DNA of 64,000 bases from Dictyostelium discoideum (taxonomy: Eukaryota), in assembly GCA_000004695.1 (NCBI GenBank), contig CM000154.2:4800001-4864000 (forward strand), written 5' to 3'. Below the pieces are notes generated by a model. It saw nothing but the letters and a program-made list of their open reading frames with translations, made no database searches and was not told the origin of the DNA. Below are positions 28,284-39,012 of this stretch, one piece after another. The stretch's first letter is position 1; each line of letters begins with the position of its first letter. Position numbers and translations under genes: made by a program.

Positions 28284-28459
28284 ATTTAGTACCATCAATA
28301 TCTCACCTTCACTTTTAGTTGGTTGCAACCAACTAAAAGTGAACTACAGATTATTCTACCAATACCTCACCTTCCTTTTTAGTTGGTTGGTATTGGCAGA
28401 ATAATATGATGTTAACGCACCAACTAAAAATGAAGGTGAGATGTTGATGGTACTAATTT
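28284..28459. repeat. Nested inverted-repeat / foldback element (~176 bp) with ~38-bp terminal inverted repeats and three copies of the ctcaccttc(a/c)ctttttagttgg motif in alternating orientation; MITE- or thug-like
   Basis: Left arm 28288-28322 (agtaccatcaatatctcaccttcacttttagttgg) and right arm 28421-28455 (ccaactaaaaatgaaggtgagatgttgatggtact) are reverse complements with 2 mismatches. There is an internal perfect hairpin cacttttagttgg-ttgcaa-ccaactaaaagtg. A second internal pair is attctaccaata/tattggcagaat. Confidence 0.55.
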
Positions 28460-28737
28460 GAGGGGGGTTTATTTTTGAAATTATTATTCTTTTTTAATTG
28501 GGCAATTATTTATTTTTTGTTTTTTATTTTCTATTATTTATTATTTTTTATTTTTTTATTTTTTATTATTTATTATTTTTTTATTTTTTTTTTTGAATTA
28601 TTATTCTTTATTTAATTAGTAACTGTTTGCTTATATTTTTTAATTTTTAATTTAATTATTTAGTGTTTCTTGTTTAAATTCTTTTCTTTTTTTTATTTTT
28701 TAATCTTTTTTAATTATAGAGGGTTTTTTTTTTTTCT

Positions 28738-28803
28738 GTAGTGATTCTTGATTTAATAAAACATCATTGGTTGAAAATTCAAAATTATTGACTGACAACA
28801 TAT
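28738..28803 (-). pseudogene. 5' relic of a TRAF-like gene (first 22 codons: [22 protein letters not shown]) truncated into a poly-A run
   Basis: The minus-strand translation matches the conserved N-terminus of the TRAF-like paralogs (MSI..[20 protein letters not shown]). No downstream RING-encoding sequence is present. Confidence 0.5.
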
Positions 28804-29080
28804 TTAATAATATTTTTGATTTTAAAGATTATTCTAATTAAATAAATAATGAAAAAAGTAGGTATTTTTTTTTTATTAAATTGAATAGGTGTAGAGATAT
28901 GAAAAATAAATTATAATTAAATTTCCAAAAAAAAACCATCATTTATTCTTCATGATGGTTTAAAAAAATAGGGATAAGACACAAATAAATGGGAAAATTT
29001 TTTAAAAAAAAACTTAAAAAAAATCAGAAAAAAAATATTTAAATAAAAAAAATTGAAGTTCTTTAGATAACTTGGAAGTT

Positions 29081-29284
29081 ATGGGAATTCAAAATACTGA
29101 ACAAGCAAATACTCAAAATAATGTTTCAAAACGTTTAGAATTTCAAAATCGTGAATTAATCATTGAACAATTAAATCAAGCAATTCGTCTTTTATCGAAA
29201 GATCAACGTGCTCTTAATGTTTTAAAAACTGAAGTTGAACATCAAATTAAAGAAAAAGAAGAAAGAATTAAACAATATATATAA
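29081..29284 (+). CDS. Small (67 aa) coiled-coil protein, hypothetical
   Basis: Compact ORF with coding-like composition between homopolymer-rich intergenic DNA. The track start at 29072 is TTG and the first ATG is at 29081. No family recognised. Confidence 0.4.
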   Translation: MGIQNTEQANTQNNVSKRLEFQNRELIIEQLNQAIRLLSKDQRALNVLKTEVEHQIKEKEERIKQYI

Positions 29285-29415
29285 ATTAATTAATTATTAA
29301 AAAAAAAATAAAGAAAAAAATATATTTATTTTTATTTTTTAGATTTTTTTTTTTTTTTTTTTTTTAATTATATTTGTTTCAAATAAAAAAATAAAAAAAA
29401 AAAAAAAAAAAAAAA

Positions 29416-29494
29416 ATTAAAAGATGCCTTTTCAATATTGCAAAGAAAAAAAAAATTAAAAGATGCCTTTTCAATATTGCAAAGAAAAAAAAAA
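29416..29494. repeat. Perfect 2x tandem duplication of a 39-bp unit (attaaaagatgccttttcaatattgcaaagaaaaaaaaa)
   Basis: Direct reading. It lies ~280-360 bp upstream of the esterase gene ATG (29775). Confidence 0.7.
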
Positions 29495-29774
29495 ATTAAA
29501 AATTAAATTTGGAAATAAAAACTTTTTTTTTTTTTGGAATTTTCGACTTTTAGAGTAAGTGATTTTTTTTTTTTTTTTTTAAGCAAAATGATTGGATCTT
29601 TTATTTTCTATTAAAATTAACAAAATAAACAATTTAATTTTGTTAAAATTATTAGAAAAAATTGCTTATAATAAGGTTGTAAGTTTTTTTTTTTTTTTTG
29701 GTTTTGGTCGCCTAAAAAAAAAAAGTATAAATAAATAAAAAAAAAAATTAAAAATTTAAAAAAAACAAAAAAGA

Positions 29775-30788
29775 ATGGATCCAGAATCATTTGGTTTAGA
29801 TAAAACAGCTATTGAAATTTGTAATAGCTATATGCCAGTATTAGATATTGAACCAAGATTAATTAGAGAAGGTTTTAAATCATTATATGATAATCAAAAG
29901 AAACATATTAGTAAAACCAAACAATATCAATTAAATAAAGAGAATGGTGATAGTTTAATGGATGTTCATTTCTTTTATCCAAATGGTTATGAACAAAATC
30001 CAGTCGACCATAAATATAAAGCAATATTTTATATTCACGGTGGTGGTTTTATGGTTGACGGTATTAAAAAATTACCAAGAGAAATTAGTGATAGAACAAA
30101 TTCAATTTTAATTTATCCAGATTATGGATTAACACCAGAGTTTAAATATCCATTAGGTTTAAAACAATGCTACCAATTATTCACAGATATAATGAATGGC
30201 AATTTCAACCCATTCAATGATTTAATCAATGATTCAATTTCAATAGTTGGTGAGAGTTCAGGTGGAAATTTCGCACTTTCTCTACCATTAATGTTAAAAT
30301 TAAATAATTCAACATTTTTTAAGAAAATTTCAAAAGTTTTAGTATACTATCCAATTACCGATTGCAATTTTGAAACACCATCCTATAATAGATTCTCAGA
30401 GAAATTCTATTTAACAAAGGAAGGTATGAAATGGTGTTGGAATCATTATACAAATAATGATTCCGATAGGGATGAAATCACTTGTTGTCCATTGAAAGCC
30501 ACAATCGATCAACTAAAAGATTTTCCAGAAACTTTGGTTATCACTGCTGAAACCGATGTCTTAAGTTCTGAAGGTGAACAATTTGGTTTAAAATTATCAA
30601 ATGCAAATGTTAAAGTTTCAGTTTTAAGAATTTTAAAAACAATTCATGGTTTCGTTTCACTTGACCAAACAAATGATAGTATCGCTTGTAGAGTTGGTAT
30701 GGATTTATCGATGAACTTTTTAAATAATATCTCAAATAATTCAATTATTAATGAAAATAATAATAAAACTTTATTAAAATTACTTTAA
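29775..30788 (+). CDS. Alpha/beta-hydrolase fold-3 esterase/lipase (arylacetamide deacetylase / hormone-sensitive-lipase-like)
   Basis: The HGGGF oxyanion-hole motif (..IFYIHGGGFMV..) and the GxSxG nucleophile elbow (..IVGESSGGNFA..) are at the spacing typical of Abhydrolase_3. It is a single exon. Confidence 0.85.
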   Translation: MDPESFGLDKTAIEICNSYMPVLDIEPRLIREGFKSLYDNQKKHISKTKQYQLNKENGDSLMDVHFFYPNGYEQNPVDHKYKAIFYIHGGGFMVDGIKKLPREISDRTNSILIYPDYGLTPEFKYPLGLKQCYQLFTDIMNGNFNPFNDLINDSISIVGESSGGNFALSLPLMLKLNNSTFFKKISKVLVYYPITDCNFETPSYNRFSEKFYLTKEGMKWCWNHYTNNDSDRDEITCCPLKATIDQLKDFPETLVITAETDVLSSEGEQFGLKLSNANVKVSVLRILKTIHGFVSLDQTNDSIACRVGMDLSMNFLNNISNNSIINENNNKTLLKLL

Positions 30789-30914
30789 AAAATAAATAAA
30801 TAAATAAAAATATATATTTTAAAATAAATAAATTTTTATATATAATACAATGATATTACTTGTTTATTTAAATAAAAGTGATAATATTTTAAATAATTAT
30901 AATAATTATTATTA

Positions 30915-31640
30915 TTTAATTTGTTATTGTACCAGTTCTCCATTCATTATTAATACATGGACTACCACCACGATCTCTGCCATAATAGTCATAAGTGTTT
31001 CTATTGCATTGAGAATCAGTACTACATGGTACTTTAACTGAGCATTCGATTGGTTTATGATAACAACCATATAACATTGAGCAAAAATCAGCTGTACAAG
31101 GGTCTTTATTTAAAATTAAATTTTAATGTTAGAAAAAATAATTTAAAATATTAAATTTAAAATTCTTAATTAAAAATTCTTACTATTATCATCACAATTC
31201 ATTGGAGTTATATTCACATCCTTTTTCACCACAAGTATCAAGTGTACATGCATCATAATCTGAACAACGAGTTTCATAATGATAACAATATCCACGGAAA
31301 TCACAAAAATCAACTGTACAAGATCTGGTTTTGTTTTTTTAAATTTATTTTTATTTTTATAAATAATTAATAAATAATTAATAATTTAGAAAAAAAATTT
31401 TAAATTTTAATAATAAAAATAAATTTACATACTATTATCGTTTCATTTTTGTTCACATGATTGAGTTGGTTCTGGTGGATTTACTGGTGCGTTGACACAA
31501 CCATATGGACCACAACTACAATTGTATTATTATTTCCATCATTACAAGTATCAGCAATTTGATAACAACTTCTAGTATTTTCATCACAATGATTGGTATG
31601 ACAAATATCAACATTACTTTTTGGGCATATATATATTTAC
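30915..31640 (-). CDS. Cys-rich repeat (CxxDFC..GCYH..C) extracellular-type protein gene; several small exons; frame disruptions suggest a pseudogene or an unresolved model
   Basis: Minus-strand translations give ..CPKSNVDICHTNHCDENTRSCYQIADTCNDGNNNT(frameshift)NCSCGPYGCVNAPVNPPEPTQSCEQK (31440-31640), ..RSCTVDFCDFRGYCYHYETRCSDYDACTLDTCGEKGCEYNSNEL* (31195-31325), and a terminal ..DPCTADFCSMLYGCYHKPIECSVKVPCSTDSQCNRNTYDYYGRDRGGSPCINNEWRTGTITN* ending at 30915. The repeats resemble Dictyostelium extracellular Cys-rich modules. I could not splice the exons into one clean frame. Confidence 0.35.
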
Positions 31641-31989
31641 TCGTTTCAAAACAACTAAACATTGGAGAACAAACAAAAATTTTACAATTTGTATTCTTAA
31701 ACTCTTTTTTCTTTTAATTTTTTGAAAATTTTAAATTATCTTTATTGATAATCAAAAAATAAAAAATTAACAAATTATTTTTTTTCTTGGATTTTTATTC
31801 TTATTTTTTTTTAAGTCTTTTCCCTTGTGTTTTTTTTTTTTTCTTTTGGAGATTTAAAAAAATAAGAGTATTATTATGCATTTTAAAATTATTATTGATT
31901 ATCATTAAAAAATTACTTAATTGTTTTTTTTATTGAATTTTTTTTTTTTTTTAAAAAAAGTTAAATTTTATTTTTTAGGATGTCAATGG

Positions 31990-32721
31990 TTGAATTTGAT
32001 TTATAATTTTAACATAAATTTCAGTTGCTAATTAATTTACATGATTTGAATATATTGACAATCGTTATCTATATGTTTTTCGATATCTTCCCTTTTAATT
32101 TTCATTTGACAACCTTTTAACAATCAATTTCATATTTTGGGCATTCAGTAAGATGATTTTTTACTTGATTCTTTGTGATAGATTTCATACAAAATGAACA
32201 TACTTTCAATTTATAACCATTGATATTCATGTTCTTGTAATGATTTTAATCTAACAATTTTATCACACCCTTTATATGAACATGGCACAAGTTTAAATTT
32301 ACAATTTTGTATATGACTATCTAATAGATCTACAGTTTTAATATCTTTACAGCCATTAATTTGATCTTATACTAATTTTTTTTTTAGATTTTCATCAAAA
32401 ACAATTTCCACTTAAAGTTGTGTAAGTGTAAGAATAAATACAAAAACATTCTTCTTTACTAAAAAACTGTTCAATTACTAAACATCTTGATAAATCATTG
32501 ATTAAATTTACTTTAATTCTACAAATCATACATTCTTTTTTATTTTTTAATGATGTTTCCCAACATCCTTGACATGCGAAATGGCCAGATTTACATTGAT
32601 AAATTGATTTCTTGTAAATAAATTCACAACAAATTGGACATGAATATTTATTATTATTTTGTAATGATTCTTGATTTAATAAAAAATCATTGATTGTAAA
32701 TTTGATATCAATTATTGACAT
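31990..32721 (-). pseudogene. TRAF-like pseudogene (RING + zinc-finger region present, multiple frameshifts, no MATH domain)
   Basis: ORF 32395-32721 encodes [85 protein letters not shown].. and then breaks frame. Recognisable zinc-finger homology continues in other frames to ~31990 (for example ..[20 protein letters not shown]..) with stops. Confidence 0.65.
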
Positions 32722-32818
32722 ACTCAGAGAGAATATATATATTTTTTTTAAAAAAAAATAGGAATTAAAATAAAATAAATAAATAAGAAATGATTTAATG
32801 AATTGGTGAGCACATATA

Positions 32819-32885
<67 letters not shown>

Positions 32886-33191
32886 TATGTAAGTAAATTT
32901 GAATTTTTGAAAAAATAAAACTGTTATTATAATAAATTAAATTCTATAAATAAAATTTTTGGTTATATAATAATATTTTGGCACACTTGAAAAAAAAAAA
33001 AAAAAAAAAAAAAAAGACTTAAAAAAATAAGAAAAAAAATTGTAATATGGTGACTCAATCAAAAAACACACAAATAATTTTCAAAATTGGCTTAAAAAAA
33101 TAAGAAAAAAATTAAAAAATATTTGAAAATGAAGTAACTACCATTTTCACAATGACAAATTACAAAAAAAAAAAAAAAAAATATTTAAATC

Positions 33192-33223
<32 letters not shown>

Positions 33224-33258
33224 CATTCACAATATAACAATAATAATAATTATTTAAA

Positions 33259-33448
33259 ATGGGTAATTTATTATCTCATACTTATGGAGTCCCTTCAATA
33301 ATTTCAATAATAATTATAGTATCCTCATCAATTTTTTTAATAATTTTAAAAAAAGATAAACAAAAATATATAAATAATCAAATTAATAATCAAATTAATA
33401 ATCAAATTGTTCCTGAAATATCCAATAATAATAGTTATAATAATAGTG

Positions 33449-33543
<95 letters not shown>

Positions 33544-35306
33544 GATGATTCATCTGTTAATCTTGGCAATAATTTAAAAACTACAGATTATGATATTGTA
33601 ATTGATTTACAAAGTGTTGATACATTTGTAATTAAAGATGCTTGTTGGACAGTATATGTCAATAAAGATTTACTTAAAAATGTTAAAGAAGATTCACCAA
33701 ATCCACTAGACTGTCTTTTAGAAGGTTCAAATAAATTTAGAACTGCAACCATTATTGGTTATTTTAAAAGAGGTAAATATTAAATCAATCAATCAATCAA
33801 TTAATCAATCAATCTACATATTTATTAACATTTGTATATTAATTTTCATAATTTTTTTTAATAGGCAAAACCTTTACAGCAAATTTAATAAATAATATTA
33901 ATTTACCATCTGGTAGTAAAACTAAAACAAAAGGTTTATCAATTTATATTTCTCATACAAATGATACTTTATTTATTGATACTCAAGGTAGTAATACTCC
34001 TCTACCATTTTTTGTAGATGAAAATGAAAATGAAGAACTTAAAAAAGCTTATAATATCAATCAAGCTGATGGAAGTATTAAATTGAATAATCTTCATCTT
34101 GCACGTAAGAAAGCAACTGAATCATTCATTCAAGAGACTGCTATTAGTTTATCAAATGTTGTAATTTTCGTTGTTAATGAAATGACATGGCACGATCAAC
34201 AAAATATAATGGCCATTCAAAAGAAGATTAAAACTCAAAATCCAATTGAAAAACAAAAAATCAGAGAACTCTATGTGTTTCATAATTATATGAATATTTC
34301 AAATATGGTTGATCTAATGGCAATGATTAAAACCTATGTAACAACTCCATTCAAAGGTTATTTTCATACTGAATTCAGCCTTCATTCTGATAATGAATAT
34401 ATAATTTATTATACAGATGCCGAGAATTTTACAACTCATTTCTTTTTATGTAATCATGGTAGTGAGTTTGGCAAAAAGTGGAATGAATTAGTGGGTAAAT
34501 TTGTCAAGACTAAAATTAAAAATGTTACAAATCAAAACTATGCATTTGATACAATACTATTAGAAACTTTAAAAGAGAAAATGAAAACCAATATTAAAAA
34601 TCCAACAGATTTAAAAATTGTACCATATTATAATTCTCAAACTCAAGTTGTGGAAATTGAAAATAAATCATCGAGTACAAGATCAAACACATTTGTATAT
34701 AAGAGACAGACTGGTATACCATTAAAGGATCAAAAAACATTGGAAGATTTAGAAGAAATGTTCAATCAAGTTAAAGCACATACTATTGATATTAACCAAG
34801 TTCCAATGTATTCGATTGTACCTGCTATTAAAAATAATGAATATGAGCAATGGAAATATGCATTAAATAACAAGGATATCATTTTCATTGATAATCTATT
34901 GATTGTAACTGGAAGTTTCAATCCAACCTATGACAGTCTTGAATGTGAGAATCGTACATTAATATTCACATTTGATTTACCAGATATTCCAGAATCTCAT
35001 TTCTCTCATTCAATCTACTATGATCCAAGTGACAAAGTTAGATACTTAAAAGTCTCGGGTAATAGAAAATTAAGTTATAGAGCATTAACTGGTACACGTG
35101 GTGGTGAGAGTACAATTAATGAATATCCATCAGCTGGTGTTAAAATTGGTAATAGTTTAAATCTTAGAAAAGATGGAGAATTTGATCTGAGAATTCCAAT
35201 TGAAGCAAATTATAGTAAAAATTATTCAAATCATTTTGAAAATGGTGTTTTAACATTAACATTTAAAGAAGAAATTGAAGGTCTTCCAGATGAAAGTTGC
35301 AAATAA
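33259..35306 (+). CDS. GBP/atlastin-like dynamin-superfamily GTPase with an N-terminal transmembrane anchor; 2 exons (33259-33772, 33865-35306)
   Basis: N-terminal hydrophobic segment VPSIISIIIIVSSSIFLIIL, then a poly-Asn tract. The P-loop TIIGYFKRGKTFTANLIN (GxxxxGKT/S as in GBP VGLYRTGKSYLMNKL) is split by an intron (donor aaaagag|gtaaat 33773, acceptor aatag| 33864). The G3 motif LFIDTQGS resembles atlastin DTQG. The downstream ..VVIFVVNEMTWHDQQ.. region matches the GBP layout. Confidence 0.75.
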
Positions 35307-35829
35307 AAAAAATATTAAAAAAATAAAAAATAATAAATAAATAATAATCTAAAAAAATAAATCAAAAAAATTAATTTTTTATTACTTTAAGATTATCAAT
35401 CAAAACCCTAAAGTGTTTTGTTTTGTTTTTTTTTTTAATTTTTTTTTTTTATTTTTATTTTTATTTTTTATCTTTTCCCCCCTCGATTTAGGATATTTTT
35501 TTATTTTTATTTTAATTTTTATTTTATTTTTTTTTTATTTTTTATTTTTTTCGTGTGTTTGTGCGCTTATGTGGTTTTATTAAAAAAAAAAAAAAAATTT
35601 CAATTTTTTTGAATTTTTAAGATAAACAAAAATAAAATAACCAATATAAACCATTAATTAAAAAAAAAAAAAGAAGAAAGAAAAGAAAAGGAATAGGGAT
35701 ATTAATAATAAAAACACATAATATAATAAACAATACATAACATATACATATATACACCTCATCCCATATACATATATACATATATACCTACATACACACA
35801 CACACAATAAAATAAATATAAATTAAAGA

Positions 35830-36413
35830 ATGGACTCAATTAAAAGTTTATTAGGAGATAAAGAACCAGAGAAAGAACCATCAATGTGGGATGATTTAAA
35901 TAATCAATGTTCATTAACATTTACACAACGTGTTATTGGTTTTGCAGTATGTGCTGCATTAGGTTTATTATTTGCATTCTTATCATTAATGTTTTTTATA
36001 TCACCAACAACATTTGCACTTTTATTTACATTAGGTGATATATTAATGGTTATGGCGTATGTGTATTTCAAATATTATTATAATTATTATAATTATAATC
36101 ATAAAACACAAACACTAATAATAATAATAATTTTACTTTATTTTATTTTATTTTATTTTTCAGTACTGGTTTTATAGTTGGACCAATTAAACAAATTAAA
36201 AATATGGCAGAACCACATAGAATTATTTGTGCAATCGTATTTGTAGCATCAATGATTCTTACTTTAGTTGCAGTTTTCTTAGATTGGGGTATCATTCTCG
36301 TCATTTTCTTCATTTTATTCCAAGTTGCTTCATTATTATATTACACTTTTTCATATATCCCATATGGTAGACAATGTTTAAGAGGAATGTGTTCTTCTGT
36401 TGTCTCTGTGTAA
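35830..36413 (+). CDS. Vesicle transport protein SFT2 homolog (Got1/Sft2 family, 4 TM); 2 exons (35830-36056, 36164-36413)
   Basis: ..SLTFTQRVIGFAVCAALGLLFAF..TLGDILMVMA|TGFIVGPIKQIKNMAEPHRIICAIVFVASMILTLVAVF..YYTFSYIPYGRQ aligns with human SFT2D (..[76 protein letters not shown]). The donor is ggc|gtatgt (36057) and the acceptor is tttttcag| (36163). Confidence 0.85.
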
Positions 36414-36533
36414 AAAAAAAAAAAACAACAACAACAACCAACAATAAAAAAAAAAAAAAGAAATAAATCGACAAAAAATTAATATATTATTATTATTATT
36501 TATAAATAAAATAAAATAAAATAAAATAAATAT

Positions 36534-37652
36534 TTATTTGTTTTCTTTTTCTTTTTCTTTTTCAGCTTCTTTTTCTTTTTCAGCTTCTTCTTTTTCAATT
36601 TGTGATTTTACTTCTTGTAATTTTTTATCAATTGATTCAATTTCTAAATCTAATAAATGTTTTGTATTTTCTAAATCTTCATTTGTAGTTGACTCATTTT
36701 CAAAATATTTTTTATATTCATCTTGTTCTAATTTTTTCATTTTCTTTGAATATTCTTCACCAGAAAGTATGTAAGAGAATTCATCAGCATTTAATAATTC
36801 ACCAGATTTTTCAAAAAAGAATAATGAACCATTCTCTAATAGAATATAAGGTGATCCGTTTTCAGAGAATTTCGATGACTGAATATCTGAAATTGGGATT
36901 TTTAAAACTTGCATCCCTGGATTAATATGACATAATTTTATAAATTTCGAATTTGGTTCTCTATAAATTCTAATACCAAAAACACTTATCATCTTTTGAC
37001 CAATTAATTGGAATGATAATGCCCAAAATGAAAATACTGATAAAAATAAAACAGTTTTCATCTTTTTTGTATTTAAAAAAATTAAAAATTAGAAAATAAA
37101 TAAAAATATATATAATTATGTATATATATATATATGCACACATACATCTAAATGATTAATATAAGCAATGATTGGTGAGGAAATACCAAGTAATGATTGA
37201 GCAGTTAAAAATAATTTACCAGCATTAAATAGATTTTCTTTATTTGATTGGTAAATTAAGTAATCTGGATTTTGATCTTCAATAGTTTCATTAGTTTTAT
37301 ATTTTTCTAAATCTAAACCAAATGGTTTCTTTTTTTTTGGTTTTTCATTTTCAAATGGGTCTGTATAAATTTCTTCTTTTTCTTCTTTTTCTACTTTTTC
37401 TAATTTTTCTACTTTTTTTTCAACATCAATATCTTTTTTATTATTATTATTATTATCATTTAATATTGTTGAAAATGATCTAAAAAAAGTTTTATTAAAA
37501 TCTTTAATTTCTTTAAATGATGATAATGATGATGATTGATTCTTTAAAATTGATTTATTTGTATTTAAAAATAATCTTTGATTACTTCTATTACAATTTA
37601 CAATTGATTTAATTAATGTTGAATTTAAATTTAATTTATTAAATTTATTCAT
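36534..37652 (-). CDS. TIM21/COA1-like mitochondrial inner-membrane protein (presequence + single TM + IMS domain); 2 exons (37146-37652, 36534-37061)
   Basis: Track ORFs 37116-37652 and 36534-37061 join in frame across a 84-bp intron (donor ttagat|gtatgt, acceptor aaaaaag|atgaaa). The N-terminus is Arg/Ser/Asn/Lys-rich and presequence-like. A hydrophobic span straddles the junction (..SPIIAYINHLD|MKTVLFLSVFSFWALSFQLIG). The downstream ISVFGIRIYREPNS..CHINPGMQVLKIPISD..GSPYILLENG..DEFSYIL loosely resembles the TIM21 IMS domain. Confidence 0.6.
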
Positions 37653-38043
37653 TTTTTTTTTTACAGTTTACAATGAAAATAAAAAAAAAAAAAATTGATT
37701 GTGGTTTATGAAAAAAAAAAAATAAAAAAAAATTAATGAAAGTGTGGAAAAAAAAAAAAAAAAACGAAAAAAATGACACACAATAATCGTGAAACTTTTT
37801 TTTTTTAATACAATCAATTAATTTTAAATATCAATTGAGTTTTGCTTTTTTTATTTTATTTTATTTCTTTTTTTTAAATTTCTTTTCTTTATTATTTCAA
37901 ATGGGTTGAAATTCGCTTTTTTTTTTTTTTTTTTTTTTTGATTTGGTTTAATTATAATGCATAAATATGTAATATTAATTTGAGATTTTTTTTTTTTTTT
38001 GTTGGTTTTTGTAGTTTTTTAAGTGTGTATTTATATATTTAAT

Positions 38044-38564
38044 TTAAATTGAAAGTTCATCTACACTCCAATCTTCGTACATTCCATTTGGAAGGAATCT
38101 AAATAATGTTGAAAAAAAAAATAAAAAAAAAATAAAAAAAAAAATAAAAAAATAATAATAATAATAGATTAGAATATGTGTGATTTATATTATATATATA
38201 TATATTTTATATATTACCTTCTAATAATTAATGGAATTTTCTTTGCTCTTAATTCTTTCCAAGCAATTTGTAATGGATCAGTTTCACCTTCTAATTCTAC
38301 CATGATTGGTGCATTCATACTAATTTGTAATGCTCTTGAACCAAGTAATCTAGCTCTTTCGTATTTTGTCATGTATCTTGTTGTTTTTCTAAGGTGATTT
38401 GGAATTCTACCTGCTTCTGCTGTATTTGCATCTGCTGAAGGATCAATAATATCTGTATATGCCTCTGTTGTTTCTGTTTCTTCAACATATTCCTCTTCAA
38501 AACCACCTCCCTCATCAAACTCTTCATAACCACCATCATCACCACCACCTTCAAAATCTGCCAT
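38044..38564 (-). CDS. rpb6: DNA-directed RNA polymerases I/II/III common subunit Rpb6 (RPABC2); 2 exons (38218-38564, 38044-38098)
   Basis: Acidic N-terminus, then ..[56 protein letters not shown]|[17 protein letters not shown], which matches the conserved Rpb6 core. The donor is agaag|gtaata and the intron is 38099-38217. Confidence 0.9.
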
Positions 38565-38870
38565 TTTTTATTTAATTTATTATATATTTATACAAAAAAA
38601 AAAAAAAATAAAAATAAAAATAAAAATAAAAAATAATAAATGAAAATAAAAAAATTAAAAAAAAAAAAAAAAAAAAAATAAAATAAATGCTCAAAAAAAA
38701 AAAAATGAGAAAAGAAAAACAACGAAAAAAAAAAAAAAAAAAAATTTGAAAAAAATAAAAAAAATAAAAAAAAAAAAAAAAATTTAAAAAATTTAAAAAA
38801 AAAAAAAAAAAAAAACTAAAACAGAATATTTGTTATATATATAATAATAAAAAAAAAAAACCAGGGGAAA

Positions 38871-39012
38871 ATATCCAACTTAAATTTTTTTTAATGGGTT
38901 TTTATTATAATAATAATAATAATAATTTTTTTTTTAATTTTTTTTAAATCCCTTTTTCCAATTTTAAATTTTAAAAAACCCCGGGGGGGTGTGGAAAAAA
39001 AAAAAAACCCAT
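38871..39012. other. Patch of atypical G/C homopolymers (ccagggg, ccccggggggg, aaacccatgg) in a divergent promoter; likely low-quality sequence
   Basis: Homopolymer G/C runs of this kind are otherwise seen only next to the N gap at 462-477. Confidence 0.35.

Noticed and set aside
29072-29080. Track start of the small ORF at 29072
   Set aside because: That codon is TTG. The track evidently allows non-ATG starts (also 40114 TTG, 41117 GTG, 54563 TTG, 61272 TTG). The ATG at 29081 is used instead.
38871-39012. G-runs as a possible G-quadruplex or regulatory element
   Set aside because: The pattern (mixed C and G homopolymers, like that next to the N gap) looks more like low-quality base calls than biology.
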